A stretch of 62,901 nucleotides of DNA, counting the filler, from Choristocarpus tenellus KU-1152 (taxonomy: Eukaryota > Protista > Phaeophyceae): assembly GCA_964200185.2 (NCBI GenBank). It is 7 parts of 7 records of this genome, joined end to end, with 100 filler letters (N's around TTAATTAATTAA, not from the genome) between each part and the next. Parts side by side here need not be neighbours in the genome. Positions count along the whole stretch, not along the records: positions 11,531 to 23,422 come from CAXNAD020002077.1; positions 23,523 to 27,303 come from CAXNAD020017963.1; 5 more parts are not named here. One strand, 5' to 3'. This document shows, piece by piece, positions 11,531-24,490 of this stretch (its first letter is position 1; every line of letters begins with the position of its first letter). A program made the translations under genes and the position numbers. The notes under the pieces were generated by a model, which was given only the letters and a program-made list of their open reading frames with translations, made no database searches and was not told where the DNA came from.

Positions 11531-12334
11531 CCCCCCCCCCAGATACTTTGACCCAATGTTTTAACATCGGCAACGTCCTCCCAGAGCCCTCGCATGTGAC
11601 GCTCGGACATTCCAAACTCGCTGCGAGGGGCGGCCCAACATGTCGTTGCAGTTTATGCTCACCAAGGACCATCGCGAGGGCGTGCCGCAATGCAAGCGCA
11701 ACACTGGTATTCAGGGACACTTGGGCACCCTTCCTACACGGGGGGGTCGATAGGGAGGTTAAGCCATGCCGACATTCTGACCCTCGACGTACCCAGTTCT
11801 GGCCTCAAAATCACCCCAAAAGACCACTCTACGTTGACGACTTGAAGCACCTCGAGTTTGCACCTGATGATCCTCCACCCCCGCCTTTTCTGAAAGCTGA
11901 GATTGTCAACCCGGTTTCATTCTATGGGGTTATCGTCCGATTCAGCGCCGTTCTCGCTCGCGAGCCCAGATGTTTCGCGGCACAAACTTATGGCACAGAG
12001 GTAGTAGACAGACAAAATGATGTTCGGATTCCAAACGTCATCACATGATGTGCATCATGATATTATGAGTTTGAACAAAAGTTGCCTGAAGGATCTGATG
12101 ACATCATGCATGGTGCCAAGAGAGAGAGAGGGATGATACTTTGGAAGTAGTAACATGTACACTCTAACAAAGGGAAGAAAAGTAAGTATGAGATCCTTAT
12201 TACAACCAGAATCGGAAATCGGAGTGACCAAGAGGAGGAGAAGGGCCCACCTTCACAACCCACACACCCCAACTTCGACACACCAGAGCAAATCGACCTA
12301 TTATCAACACTTGCACAACTCAATCTCAAAGACA

Positions 12335-13290
12335 ATGAAGTCTGCTGTCATGGCTGTTGCTTGTGCCACCGGTTCCCAGGCCTTCGTGGCCCCCAGGTTT
12401 GTTTCTCGGAAATGCTCTTTGTAAACTGGTGGAGATTCATCCTGCAAGTTGTTGTGTGCAGGATCCACTCACTTTCTCAGAAGTGACACTCTGTCTGTCC
12501 TCAGCACATGTGATGCGCTGGTGATGGTGTGTGTGCTTGGCTCGTATTCGTTGTGTGGTCACTGACTGAGGTTGGCTGACCCTTCCTGCATGGCCAACCA
12601 TGCACGACCTGGGGTTCGAAGTCTAGGTGAAGTAACCCAACTCCCTCATGACTCGATGCTTGTGTCCGTCCCCTCACACATCCCCTCTTGCAGTGCCTTT
12701 AACAGTGCCTCTTTGGCTTCTGTCTCCAAGGCGTTGATGGTCATGAAGATGTCGTTTGAGTCTGAAATCGGTGCACAGCCTCCTCTGGGCTTGTTCAACC
12801 CTCTTGGGCTTCTGGCCGACGCTGACCAGGAGCGGTTCGAGCGGCTCAGGTATGTGGAGAGCAGGCGCGGGCGTATCTCTATGCTCACTTTGGCCGGCCA
12901 CCTGGTCGCCCAGAACGCTTGGCTGCCCGGCATGCTGTCGAACTTGGAAAAACCTGTCCTTCACAGGCATGCCTAATGGTGTGGTCGCCCTCTCAAAGAT
13001 CCCCCCCCTGGGCCTTGCCCAGATCGTGGTGTTCGTGGGTTTCCTTGAGTTGGCTGTGATGAAGAATATGGAGGATTCATTTCTGGGTGATTTCACTATC
13101 GGTGGGGACCCGTTTGCCTCTTCCTGGGATGCTATGTCGGAGGAGACCCAGGCGTCGAAGAGAGCGATTAAGCTCAAAAACATTGGCATGCGGTGCAAAT
13201 GAGCATCCTGGTGATGATGGTGCACGAGGAGCTGTTCGAACCAGCCCTACATCATCAACGACCTCGTGCGAGTATTGTACTCGGGTGCTG
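12335..13290 (+). pseudogene. LHCF: Fucoxanthin-chlorophyll a/c binding protein (LHCF/FCP) pseudogene, unprocessed
   Basis: Exon 1 12335-12396 (MKSAVMAVACATGSQAFVAP, bipartite plastid signal with AF motif), GT-AG intron 12397-12693, exon 2 SFESEIGAQPPLGLFNPLGLLADADQERFERLRYVE..GRISML; LAQIVVFVGFLE; MMVHEEL. Frameshifts near 12950 and 13190. The pigment-ligand motifs E..HGR and ELNNGR are degraded to ESRRGR and KLKNIG. Confidence 0.92.
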
Positions 13291-13734
13291 GTGCTGATGG
13301 TTTTGGCATTTTAGTGAGTGAATAACCGTATTTGAGATTTTCTTTGGACATCCTTGGCTGGTATTGGAGAGAGTGCAGTGGTAGTGGATGTTAAAACATA
13401 GGCTACTCATTTGTTTTTCTTAATACGATACGGTACCACCTGTCAATACTGACTGTTGATTGGTCCGTTACGCACTGGTCGTTACCCTCACTAGTTCATC
13501 CTCACTACATCAATTACGTCAGAACTCCACTGTACAGAACAGCTGATCCGCATCCCACACAGGAATAGTATGCGTCACTTGAGTTGCATCACATATTGAT
13601 TCATGCGCGTTCTGTTGTTTACCCTTATTGCTTTCTTTCTCTTTCTTCTTCTTACTAGCAAAAGACCATGGTTATACGTTAATTGTTGATTACTATTTCT
13701 TTCTTGGTTGACATTGCTCCCTAATAATCCACCA

Positions 13735-14460
13735 AGCTCACTCTGCAATAAGTGTACCTGATACACGTCTGGATGTTATATTTTCAGAGTTGAACCATCC
13801 ACGGAAACTCTTGCCTGCCAAGGTAACAAGCCTATCCACAGAGCATGGGCGTCTTTCGTTGAGTATCTCAAGAAAGAACACTGAACTCACATCACATGAT
13901 TCTTGACTGAGAGATCAATGGCCTCAGTTACAAAACAGAATAAATACATCGGTGCTTTAGAGCACTGTGTGACTTTCCTTCACAACACAGACTACACATT
14001 TTACTCATTGGTGCTTTGCAGCACCATGATTTCTCTTCGCAACGCAGACTATGCATTTTACTCAGAACTATGATGCAATCGATTCAGTCTTTAACATCTG
14101 ATGACTTCTGTACAGTTGAGCAGTTCTGAATCCGTCTTCGAAATCTTTTGACACTCTGGTGGCGGTTCACCCGAACCAATGTTGCCAACATGACACCGAA
14201 TAGATCAAGCTTAGACATTTATGCATCATCTTTCTGGCAGAACTCTGTTGTGCTCCGTGTCAAACACAGCACTGGCAACCCTCACCTGATGAATTCCTGC
14301 CGAGACCACTCGCAACTCACGGAAGTATTTCCTGCAATGATTTTTTTCTACACCGGTGTGCGTGTTATGTGGCTGCTGAAGATGAGAAGCTCACTATTTC
14401 ACTCCACAAATTGCGCCTGCATCTTCCTTGAGAGATGAGAGGAGTCGTGAACACTAGGTG
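13735..14460 (-). repeat. Dispersed repeat B with decayed coding remnants (second copy ~49875-50120)
   Basis: ctcactctgca..tgtacctga.ac...ctggatg..atattt...gagttgaa.catccac...caaggt.acaagcct...cacagagcatg is shared between the two loci. Confidence 0.65.
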
Positions 14461-15937
14461 ATCAGAGTACTGACAGGACGATTGAAACTGCAAGGTCTTG
14501 GGCGAAACCAATTGAGAGGTAGGTAGGTTTGACACGTTTTGCATTCCAAACAATCTTCTTTGACCTATGCAATACACTCTATTTTAGTGCCTTATGTGCA
14601 CTATAGTGTGCACAAAATATATTCTGCCACTCTCCACACACAATGTCACGTCACGATCTAGGAGTGGCTCTTTCTACAATTGATCAAAGTGGAGTCGTAA
14701 CAATGATGAATTTTGGCAGACAAGGACATTCTCCTTTGTTTCAATATCTACGAAAATGCCACACAACGGATATATGGACACCCGCCCACCCACCCACACG
14801 ACCCCATATGTCGCATGATACCACTACAAAGTCGTTCCAAACAGGAAGCCTCCACAGTCCAAGAAGTTAGAACATAAAAAACGCTGATTCTTCCCCCTAT
14901 CAGAATTTCAAATGCCACAATATGGCGTACACATTTGAAGTTTGGAATCTTACTCTGACCCTCATAGAATCGATAACAGTATTAATGTAATATGTTTTAT
15001 GAATGCACTTCTATAACAAGCATTTATGTGTGTTGCGTGATGCATGGACGGATGGATGATGGATGGACAAAGAAGGCAGAGAGAGAGAAATTTGGTACTT
15101 TGTCCATTCTTATTATTGGTATTAATGTTCAAAAATTATTGTTCGTCACTTTGCACCAAAGAAATCACAGGCTATTATAATAATCTCTAATATATTCCTT
15201 GCCCATCCTGCCTGTGGTGGGAAGGGAGGCACCACGCATTCACTCCACTACTACTACTACTGCTAGCATTGCATAGAAATGGAATTTTACGACAATTATA
15301 TTACGTTCATCACACTCCTGGTACCCATTTCGATTCAGTCATCCCAGCACTGGTCGTTCTCCCTAATCTTCTCATAGACCCACTCACCTTCGGTGGATGT
15401 GTCTGAAATGAAGACTTGATTGACAAATCGTTTTTGACACCTCAATAATCCTAAACCTAACCTCAATGCCCCCCAAAAATATAGAAAATAATAATAGTAT
15501 CTTACCATGATATACATATGTATGGGGATGTGGTTACTCACGTTTTGGCGTTACTAAATAACAAGTTAGGAAGAGTTTATTATTACATGGTGAAAGTAAA
15601 GAATTGTTGAGGACGTCATCATTTTGGTTGGTCCGTAGGAACCTTTTTATGGTGTATTTTTCTATTATTCTATGAACTAAGAAGATAGCAGGTAAGTTGA
15701 AGTCTACTCATAATTTTATTTAATATGTCAACTAAAGAAAGATGTAAGAGGATATGTCAAGGAAACGAAAGATGAACAAGAAAAACATAGAAGCCAAACG
15801 AGTCAGCAGCGCCTTCCATTGATCTAGAAAATTGATATTTTATTGATGGAGACTGGACATAACTGAAAAAGTTCAGACCTAGCCTTACGGGGCTGGTCGC
15901 TAGCTCCTTGATAGGGGCTATTGCTGAGGCACTACTG

Positions 15938-18900
15938 ATGCGGAGAGGATTGGTCGAATCGATAGCACGCTTGACTGATACAAGATATCTTCTTGAGGCT
16001 TGCCTCGCTTTTCAGGACGGTTTGCCCTTCAACCAATTCACTAGCGGAGATGTTGCAGCTGCAAATGGCCACCTCCAGCTTCTTCGACTGAAGGCAGCGG
16101 CACACCTGGAGGGTGATGTTGAACATGGAAGTGGAACTGTAGCCCTAGCTTTCACCACCTGCGCCGTCGACTGGGCTGCAACACAAGGACACTTGGACGT
16201 AGTCAAGTAAGTTTCTTTTTTCTCTCGACTCTGCACAAACTAACTATTTTCGTTTGAACATATTGACTACGCAGTCTTTCTCTGCTAGTGTCGCCTTCCG
16301 ATACATGTCATTGAAACCTGTCTGCTGGATGTTACCTAGATGTACCTTGACATCGCTAGCTACTGCAACATATAACGTTTTCCAGGTGGCTTTTGGAGAC
16401 GAGGAAGGAGGGCTGCACCAAGAGTGCCTTTGATTGGGCTTGCTGGAATGGTCATGGGAAAACAGTGGCATGGCTCTATAATCACCTTGGTAAATGCGGG
16501 AGTTTTCGAGCCATCAATTATGCTGCATCCAATGGTAGGCTCGAGGCAAGTTGGTTGGGTGGTGTAAGGATTAAGCACCTCTATACACTTCCCAATGCAG
16601 CATAGATGGTCCAACACACTATCGGCTTCAAGTCAAACTGTCAGCGTAGCATGATGCTTAATTTACCCAAGTTTTCACTCCTCGCCTCAGGGTCATTCTC
16701 AACTTGTTGAATGTTGTAAATATCTAGACACCTCACACACATGAGATTTTCGTACAACGAAATACACACTTTGTGCCCCGTCTTCCCCCTTCTCACCCGC
16801 AGTTGGTGCAGTGGCTGCATAGCAAGGGTTTTCGTTGCACGGTGGGAGCCATGGACGGGGCGGCTGGAGGAGGCCACCTAGACGTTGTCCGGTGGCTAGA
16901 CAAGCACAGGAAGGAAGGATGTTCATCTGCTGCCTTTGCCATGGCAGCAGGCAATGGCCACCTACATGTAATCGAGGTGCCCAAACGATATACAGCCTTC
17001 AACTCCATGACTTGTGTGTTCTGACGTTTGCAATCCCAGTGAGACATGTCTTTCAATGGCTGACAGGGGACGCAACCACAGCCACAATGATCTCATGATA
17101 TGTGCTCCTCACATATGTTTATTGTTCATTGTGGCAGTGGCTTCACAAGAGGAGTAAATTGGTGTGTACACCCGAAGGATTAGACTGCGCTGCGGAGGGG
17201 GCACATCTACATGTCCTCCGAGTAAGTTTTGTACTTTGAATATAAAGCAGACAAGGTACTTTGTCTTTTTCTTCAGAGACCATCCACCACTGGTACATTA
17301 TCATAATTCAATGCCAAATTCATTTCAAGCATAGACTATAGATGTAACTTGTTCACAGCTTGAGCAGATAAAGGTCTATATGTGCAACAGATCGTTGCAG
17401 TGGCCCTTGGTGGTAGGGTGCTGTGGTCCTACCCCTTGCACATGACAAGTGCAACCTGCTGGTCCTAGAGGGTACAAGCCAATCTTCGGCATATGAAGTG
17501 ATGTGCTCTCGATAGTGTTCCCACCAATAAATGTCTCTTGTTGTGGATAGTGGATGCAGGAGCATTACAGAAAGGTCCAGTGCAGCACCAATGCATACGG
17601 ATTGGCTGCTTGCAAGGGACACCTTGGTGTTCTAAAGTGGTTGCGAGAGACAATGCCCAGCCTGGCATGCCCTCCATGGGCGGGAGAGTCTGCAGCAGAG
17701 GAGGGTCACCTGGAGGTACATATATATATATATATATATGGGTGTGTGTGTGTGATTGGAGCAACTGTCTGGGAAATTGTTTTTGTACCACTTTAATGAA
17801 GACTTCCTTTGAAAAGAACCTGTTACCGATATTCTTTCTAAATTGCAATGGTGTCTGAGATGATGAGGCAAGGGGCCATTTGCTGTTCAGTCGGTTTTGA
17901 AAAATTGTTTGCTATTTGTGCCCAATCCTAACCCTAGCACTGCTGGGCCTTGAACCTTCAGTTGGAGGGTAAAGTAAATCAGGGCTACGTGGAGAATTGC
18001 ATTGTTTGCAATGACAGGATAATTTGCTGTCATTAACCAGGATTAAAGTGGGTGCTGGGGGGGGGCAGGGAGTAGGTCTTGTAGGGCATTTGCACACAGG
18101 AATATGGCTATCTACACATTGTTCTTTTTCTTCAAAAGTTGTATCGTTGTGATTTCTTATCCTGATCATCGCTATTACATTACTTTTTCTCATCCATCCC
18201 TGGGGAATCACCTTTTTCTGAGAAAGGTATGGAGGCAGATTACTGTTAGCTTAAACAGGAGTTATATATATATATAACTCCCGTTTAATGTTATATATAT
18301 ATATATATATTTGACTTTTTTTAGTGTGTTAAATGTTGGCAATTGAATCACTATGATCAATTTGAATTGAAGATAGTTGACATCAACATCGAGGGGTATA
18401 TATATATTATTTTTTATTATTTTTTGATGAGTTTTTTGTTTTTCGGGGCTCGCAGAGCCCTGGGATATCTGTTTGCTCAGCACATCTGGAATTATGTTTA
18501 AAAAAAATTCTAATTGAGTACGATATAAGAACACTGTACTCTCTTGGGTGCTGGTTTGAATTTTTTGGTGGCGAGGGGGATGTCCTCTGTGCTCTCCTGT
18601 TTTTTGTTACACTTTGATTAGAAAAAAGGGAATCTAACCCTAACCCTAACCCTAACCCTAACCCTTGCCATTGTCCTTGGCTGTGTGAGAACCCGAGATA
18701 GGAGACAGTAATGGATAGTGTGTGAGTAGAGCTTGAGGTGATGGAAGGGCTATTCAAGCGCGATCTTCCATACTTGAAGGGTTTTTTTTTGTCATATGGC
18801 AGCAGCCCTAACCCTAACCCTAACCCTGATCCTCAGTGCAAGATAGCACGTGTGGATTTTTGTGTTTTCAACACATGTGGTAGATTATACTTTGATGCAG

Positions 18901-20397
18901 TTGGTGTTGTACCTTAACCACCTTACCTTAAGTCCATTCAACCCATTCTGTCACTGGCCTTCCCCCATGTGTACAAAGGTTGTGATATGGCTTGACATGA
19001 CTAGACTTTGCACATCCAGCCTTGTCTCTATTGACGGCCCTGCGAGGAAAGGCCTAATGGACGTGATAGAGTGGCTGCACCAAAATGGAGCCAAGGCATC
19101 AGAGTCCGCAGTAGACTGGGCTGCTGCGGGGGGGTTCGTGAATGTGGTGAAGTTTTTGCTTGACAATCGGGAAGAGGTGAGTAGACGCACACGTTGAACT
19201 TCAACTTGAAGCTGGAACCAAACAATAGGTTTCTGTTCTTGGTTGCCTCTTATTGTTGGACAGAGGGAGACAGGTGGATCCTCCTCAATGCCGTCTAAAC
19301 GGACTGGTAGGAAGGTAAGCGTCGAGAATTCGTTTGTTCAAAATTCTGACATCTCCCGCTACTGTTTTTTTGTTGTTGTTAAGATGGTACCGTTGCGCTC
19401 TCGTTTTTTTTTTTTTTTGTGACTTGTGATCTGGTTACAGGGGTGCAGCGACAAAGCTCTCAAGAGTGCCGCGGCCAATGGACATCTGGAGTGTGTCAAG
19501 CTTCTACATGAGCGTTGTCCTGATAAGGGCTGCACCTTAACGGCCCGTGCCATGGCTGAGGAGAATGGACATCTAGATATCATTTCGTTCCTCGAGGATA
19601 GTGACCCAGGGTTGACAGAGGTCCTTGAAGCTGCTGTGGCATCATGGGACATCAGGGATGGGGAAAATCTGAATAATGAACAGGGATCTTCAAACTTAAG
19701 GTCGAACTCGAACGCAGAGGAAAGCCCTGAAAACTGTTTGGGGGGGGGGGTGGTTGAGTTGCCTGAGAGCAATTCAGGTTTGGGGTCTGAGGTCAAGGAA
19801 GTCTCTCCAGTATTGCTGGGCACTGCGGGATGTGCTGATTGCCCAGAGGGTAGCAGCAGCACTGACATGCCGTTGAACTTGGGCCAGGGTACAAGGGTAA
19901 GTCTAAACGCAAGCGTGGAGAAGAAAAGTATCTTAGGCGTTGGGGGTGGGGATGGGCCTTCATTGGCACAGGAGGTCCTTGTTGGTGACTTCACCAGGTG
20001 TGGAGAGTCCTTCAATTGCAGTGAAGGGCAAGGAGGAAGGACACCGAATGCGGCTGGAAGTCCTGTATTAAACCAGCCTGAAGCTGGATCAACTGTAGGT
20101 AGGGAAGCTAGATCAAAACCATCTCTTAAGAATAGGTGTGATACAAACACTATGGCCATTGCACCTATTGACCTGTTGCCCCGGCAGACAGGGCATGGTG
20201 TCAACAGTGAAGGTAATGGCCTTAGTGAAGGTAGTAGGGTTGATTCATGCCATCAATCTTGTGCCTGGAGTTATTTGTACACCTGTAAGTTGGGAAATAC
20301 AGTTTGTGGGAAGGACGTGCACTGTATCACTTGTCCATTGGCAGCAACTGTTGCTGCTGCTTCTGTTGTGGTATTGATTATTGTTCTTGTCTTGTGA
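15938..20397 (+). CDS. Ankyrin-repeat protein, 7 exons, with C-terminal Cys-rich segment and transmembrane tail
   Basis: Exons 15938-16206, 16386-16545, 16803-16976, 17138-17221, 17551-17715, 18979-19176 and 19441-20397 join in frame. Repeated (D/A)xAAxxGHLxVVxWL motifs. Intron 2 has a GC donor. The start codon is uncertain because an upstream exon is possible. Confidence 0.88.
18634..18829. repeat. Interstitial telomere-like (CCCTAA)n tracts in ankyrin intron 5
   Basis: About 5 units at 18634-18665 and 3-4 units at 18806-18829. Another tract lies at 22502-22521. Confidence 0.85.
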
Positions 20398-22326
20398 CAA
20401 CAGGCTGTTCTTGTGGGATCTCAGAAGATCACATGGAGACTAGTCTCAAAACTGTTGCCCCACGTGAGTTGCTTATTACTTGTATACTTGGCGAGGGCAA
20501 AAAGCAGAATAGATATGAGGTGCAGAGGAGTCGCAGACTGAAAGCACCCTATTGACTCAGTATCACACATCACCATTCTGTTGGTTGGTGTAGATGTTCC
20601 TTTTTGTGCCTCCCCCCCCAGCCCCTTCATCTGACTTTATTATTATTTTTGTTGCATTTGTGCTGTGCAGATGATGTCATGCATGACCTAACATAGACCT
20701 TGATTCGAGGTGTCCAAGGATGGAGTCGGTTGAAGAAGTAGGAAGTGTTTGGATGTGCACTTTTAAAAGAAAAAAAAAAGGAATTGTATATGCGAGGGCA
20801 GGCAGCTGGAGTTTGTTCTGTACTGCCTTCCATCTGGTTAGAGGTCTTAGATCATATATGCCACCCACCGCTTTCTGGAGGGGAGGTCGTTTTTCTTGTT
20901 GCTGTTTCTTGTGAGCGAGCTATCATTGTAATGATTAAATATTTTGTGTACTGTGGGCTACTTACAATAGATCTACCTGTGTGTGTGCCTGTGAGATACG
21001 TTGTGCTCTTTACATCTTGGTGGCCTCCATCCCACCTCCATTCATTCGCATTTCAACACAGGAGTGCTCCCTGATAAACAAATGGCAAGTTACATTTCAT
21101 TCCGGTCAACTCTTCTGTGTTAAAGTGTCAGACCAAAGGTAGTTACAGGTAGTATCCCATGATTATAGTGAATAGTGCGTTTGGTGTATATAAATTGCTG
21201 CTCAAAGGTATAATAGGTAATCATGTTGCTTGAACTTAGTCGCACAAAAGAGCCCCTTGCAAAACCGCACTCATCCTGTGGATGCCTGAAAGCTGTTACT
21301 CCTTTGAAAGACGTTGGAATCCACTGAATATGACATGTCCACCATTTTTCATAGAAAAATAGGCAACTATAATGTTGTAGTACTTTTAAAATAAATTGTG
21401 GAACACTTGCCATTATTGCAACTGAGATGCACTTCTCAGTATCATCAAGGAAAGAAAAACATTTTCTATACTAACCCAGCTGTGACCCTCCAGCACCAAT
21501 TAGTATATACTCTTGTCTCCTTTTGGTGAATGTATCACAGCACGCTGTCACTCATTTGACTCTTGATGCTGCGAACCTACACCAACATATATGCAAGATA
21601 ACACCTATTTAAAATATGAATACTGTACTATGCTGTATGATTCAGTGCTCTGTAGCTACTTGTAGCTCATCAGAGATTCAGAATAAGCTATGAAGACCGT
21701 ATCTAAATTAAATGGGTAGAACATCAGGCTCTTGGTCCCCAAGCTACCTACAGGGACATTCTTAAGAGCCTGTCGAAATCGACATCGACAACATCACAAC
21801 TTTGAAGAGCAGGATACTCCAATCAAAGTCACATCATCAATGTTTCATACCATGAAGCAAAACATCTCTATAAGAAACTATAAATAGCTGTCCTTGTATC
21901 ACGTGAAGTTAGTCCAATTTCACAAGCCATGTATGATGCAACAATCAAAAATTGAAGCAGAAGATATTACGCCTATGCAGCCAGCTTCCCCTCTCCTTGA
22001 CTCTCCTCTGAGTGTGATTCCCCTGCCAATGTTGGTAAAGAGTACGAAGGCATCGTGGACCTGCAGATCACAAAATGGATGGTTAATTGAGCAAAGGTCG
22101 TTTCCAAGAGTCACAGAGCAGGTACTACATCATTGTGCCATAGACAAATAGTTGTATAAGATACATGTGAAACTTGCACTCAAAGGTTCACAATAGCATC
22201 TTCGAAGAAGGGAAGTATAGTGCAAGTTGTCCATCCAGGGATTGATGAGGTTTTCGTAAGATACCCCAGTTTGATGCCCATTTCGTGGGTGTGAGTTTCC
22301 TTCAGTTTGTATTTGTTTGTGTGCAA

Positions 22327-22361
<35 letters not shown>

Positions 22362-22570
22362 CAATAATACTGCTACGCCTTAAAAAGTACTACAGATACC
22401 AACAAATCTTCGTCAATGATAAGCCTACACTCCAGCTTTGCCTTCCGATTCCTATCTACTCATTAATCCTTCTCCTTCTGATAACACGAAAACAGTGATC
22501 ACCCTAACCCTAACCCTAACCAGACATTTGTGTTTCTTTCTTAACCAGCAATCAAGAAACAAAGAGAGGG

Positions 22571-22826
22571 TCACCTCTCTCTCATCTCCTTAGATTTGAG
22601 AGCGGCCATGGACAGCATCTCCTCGTCCATGCCAGCCTCCCTAGCAGCATTCAACCCATAGCTCCTTCGTGCCTGCCCTGGCACTACCTTGTATAAGAAG
22701 GTCACACCCCTCGCTTCAACCACACTCTTCCTACCTTCCCCTGCATCTTCAGAGACTCCATCTTGACCCATCTCCTGGTCTAAGTTGTTTTCTAGGAAGG
22801 ACATGTGTGCGTTGGACACATAATCC
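22571..22826 (-). CDS. MSH3: Terminal exon of a MutS-family mismatch repair gene, MSH3-like
   Basis: SNAHMSFL...VTFLYKVVPGQARRSYGLNAAREAGM matches the MutS domain V C-terminus (FLYK/SYGLN). AG acceptor at 22828-22827 follows a (CT)n tract at 22838-22874. Upstream exons were not found before the contig end. Paralog assignment is tentative. Confidence 0.75.
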
Positions 22827-22834
22827 CTTTCAAT

Positions 22835-22878
<44 letters not shown>

Positions 22879-23338
22879 AAGAGCAATGGCACAGTAAGGC
22901 AATGCAATAGGATGATACTCCAACTATGAACTGAAGTAAAAGTGAATCAAAACTGCGTTGAAAACATGTTACTGTCGATGCCAGACACCCCCCACACCAC
23001 AGCAGACTCCACCCAGAAAGCTCAAGTCCCCTTTCCATGCAGACACAAGGGGGGCATGTGACCTCAACCTAATAACAAAAGCACCCCAAGTATTATTCCC
23101 CAGCCAGCCTTGAGAATTGTTCTTGGGTTGTTGCCTGTTGTGCACCCACTAAGGTCACACCCAACACATGCAAACAGTGTTCGGCTTCACATAAAATAAA
23201 ATAATAATGATAACGATGATGATGATGGGAGGGGTCACACACAATTTTAATCTGGGACTTGATTTGGAGTTATTCTATTAGCATACATAGTGCAATCCAT
23301 TGCACTTCAAATGCATGCTGTGTACTGTAATATCTTCC

Positions 23339-23390
<52 letters not shown>

Positions 23391-23639
23391 GAAACCCACA
23401 TTAAAAAAAAAAAAAGAGAAAANNNNNNNNNNNNNNNNNNNNNNNNNNNNNNNNNNNNNNNNNNNNTTAATTAATTAANNNNNNNNNNNNNNNNNNNNNN
23501 NNNNNNNNNNNNNNNNNNNNNNCCCCCCCAGATACTTCAAGCCAAAGATAGATTAATATTGAGGCAAGGGCACACACCCTTGGCAACGACCTTGTTAAAT
23601 GCTGAACCAATCTGAATGCTCCCTATCATCCATCCGCAT

Positions 23640-24490
23640 GAGCTTCCAATTCCGGTGTGAAAATGATGAACGACCAAAATAATCTTGGTAGGCACACCAT
23701 ACTTGGTCACCACTATCCCAAGGAGGAGGTCATGTCATACACCTTCAAAGGATCCATGGAGCACGTAGTACAAAGGAATCCTTCTTACTTATCCAACCTC
23801 TTGCAAAGACGTAAGCTACAACATCATGTCAAATCAGTCGATTGCTAAGGTCAGGATCAACTTCGCTCCTTAGGTAGAGTACTCTCCTGTTCAATGTAGG
23901 CTGCCAGTTGTAGCGCTTGCAACCTTGAAGGTCACTTTACCGTGTGTTTTGTGGCATTAGAGAAATATCCCGTCAATTTGCCACATTTAGCATGTGCCTT
24001 CTTTGTTTGTGATGAGTTCTTATGACCATCATTTCCAATCTCTGAGGTAGGTACAACCTCCAAGCACGGTCTAGAACAAAACCGAGAAGGTGAGTAGGTG
24101 GGGTGGATGCCCCATGGAGCTAGAACACATGCAACAATAGCAGCATTTCGCTTCTTGCACTGCACTTATTCTTATTGTAGGTATTATCTCACATGTCGAA
24201 ACAAGACACACAAAACTGTCATTATTACCATTATGTTATTATACTAATACCACAAAAAAAGAAAAAAAGGAAGAAGACAAAAGGCAGCAATCAACTGTCA
24301 AGATGCAGACAGGCACACACTCCATGGGCATAGAAACAACCCTTAAGCACGCCGTCTTTTCCTTCACTACAACCCGGCATGCACTAACCTCACTGGAAGA
24401 CCATCCACAGCTAGTTTCTAGTCAGCCACCATCTAGCAAATCAAATGGAGGCAACAGTAGTGACAAGCCATTTCATTGGGCGACGTTCTG
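23640..24490 (-). mobile_element. Possible highly decayed hAT transposase fragments
   Basis: Remnant motifs VCILTVDC, CLEVV, KAHAKCGKLTGYFSNATK and DPLKV occur in hAT-like order, but heavily interrupted. Confidence 0.35.

Noticed and set aside
19359-20204. 281-aa minus-strand ORF
   Set aside because: Antisense shadow of the ankyrin terminal exon.
23339-23422. Poly-Pro/poly-Lys ORF
   Set aside because: Homopolymer C and A runs at a contig end, with unreliable length.
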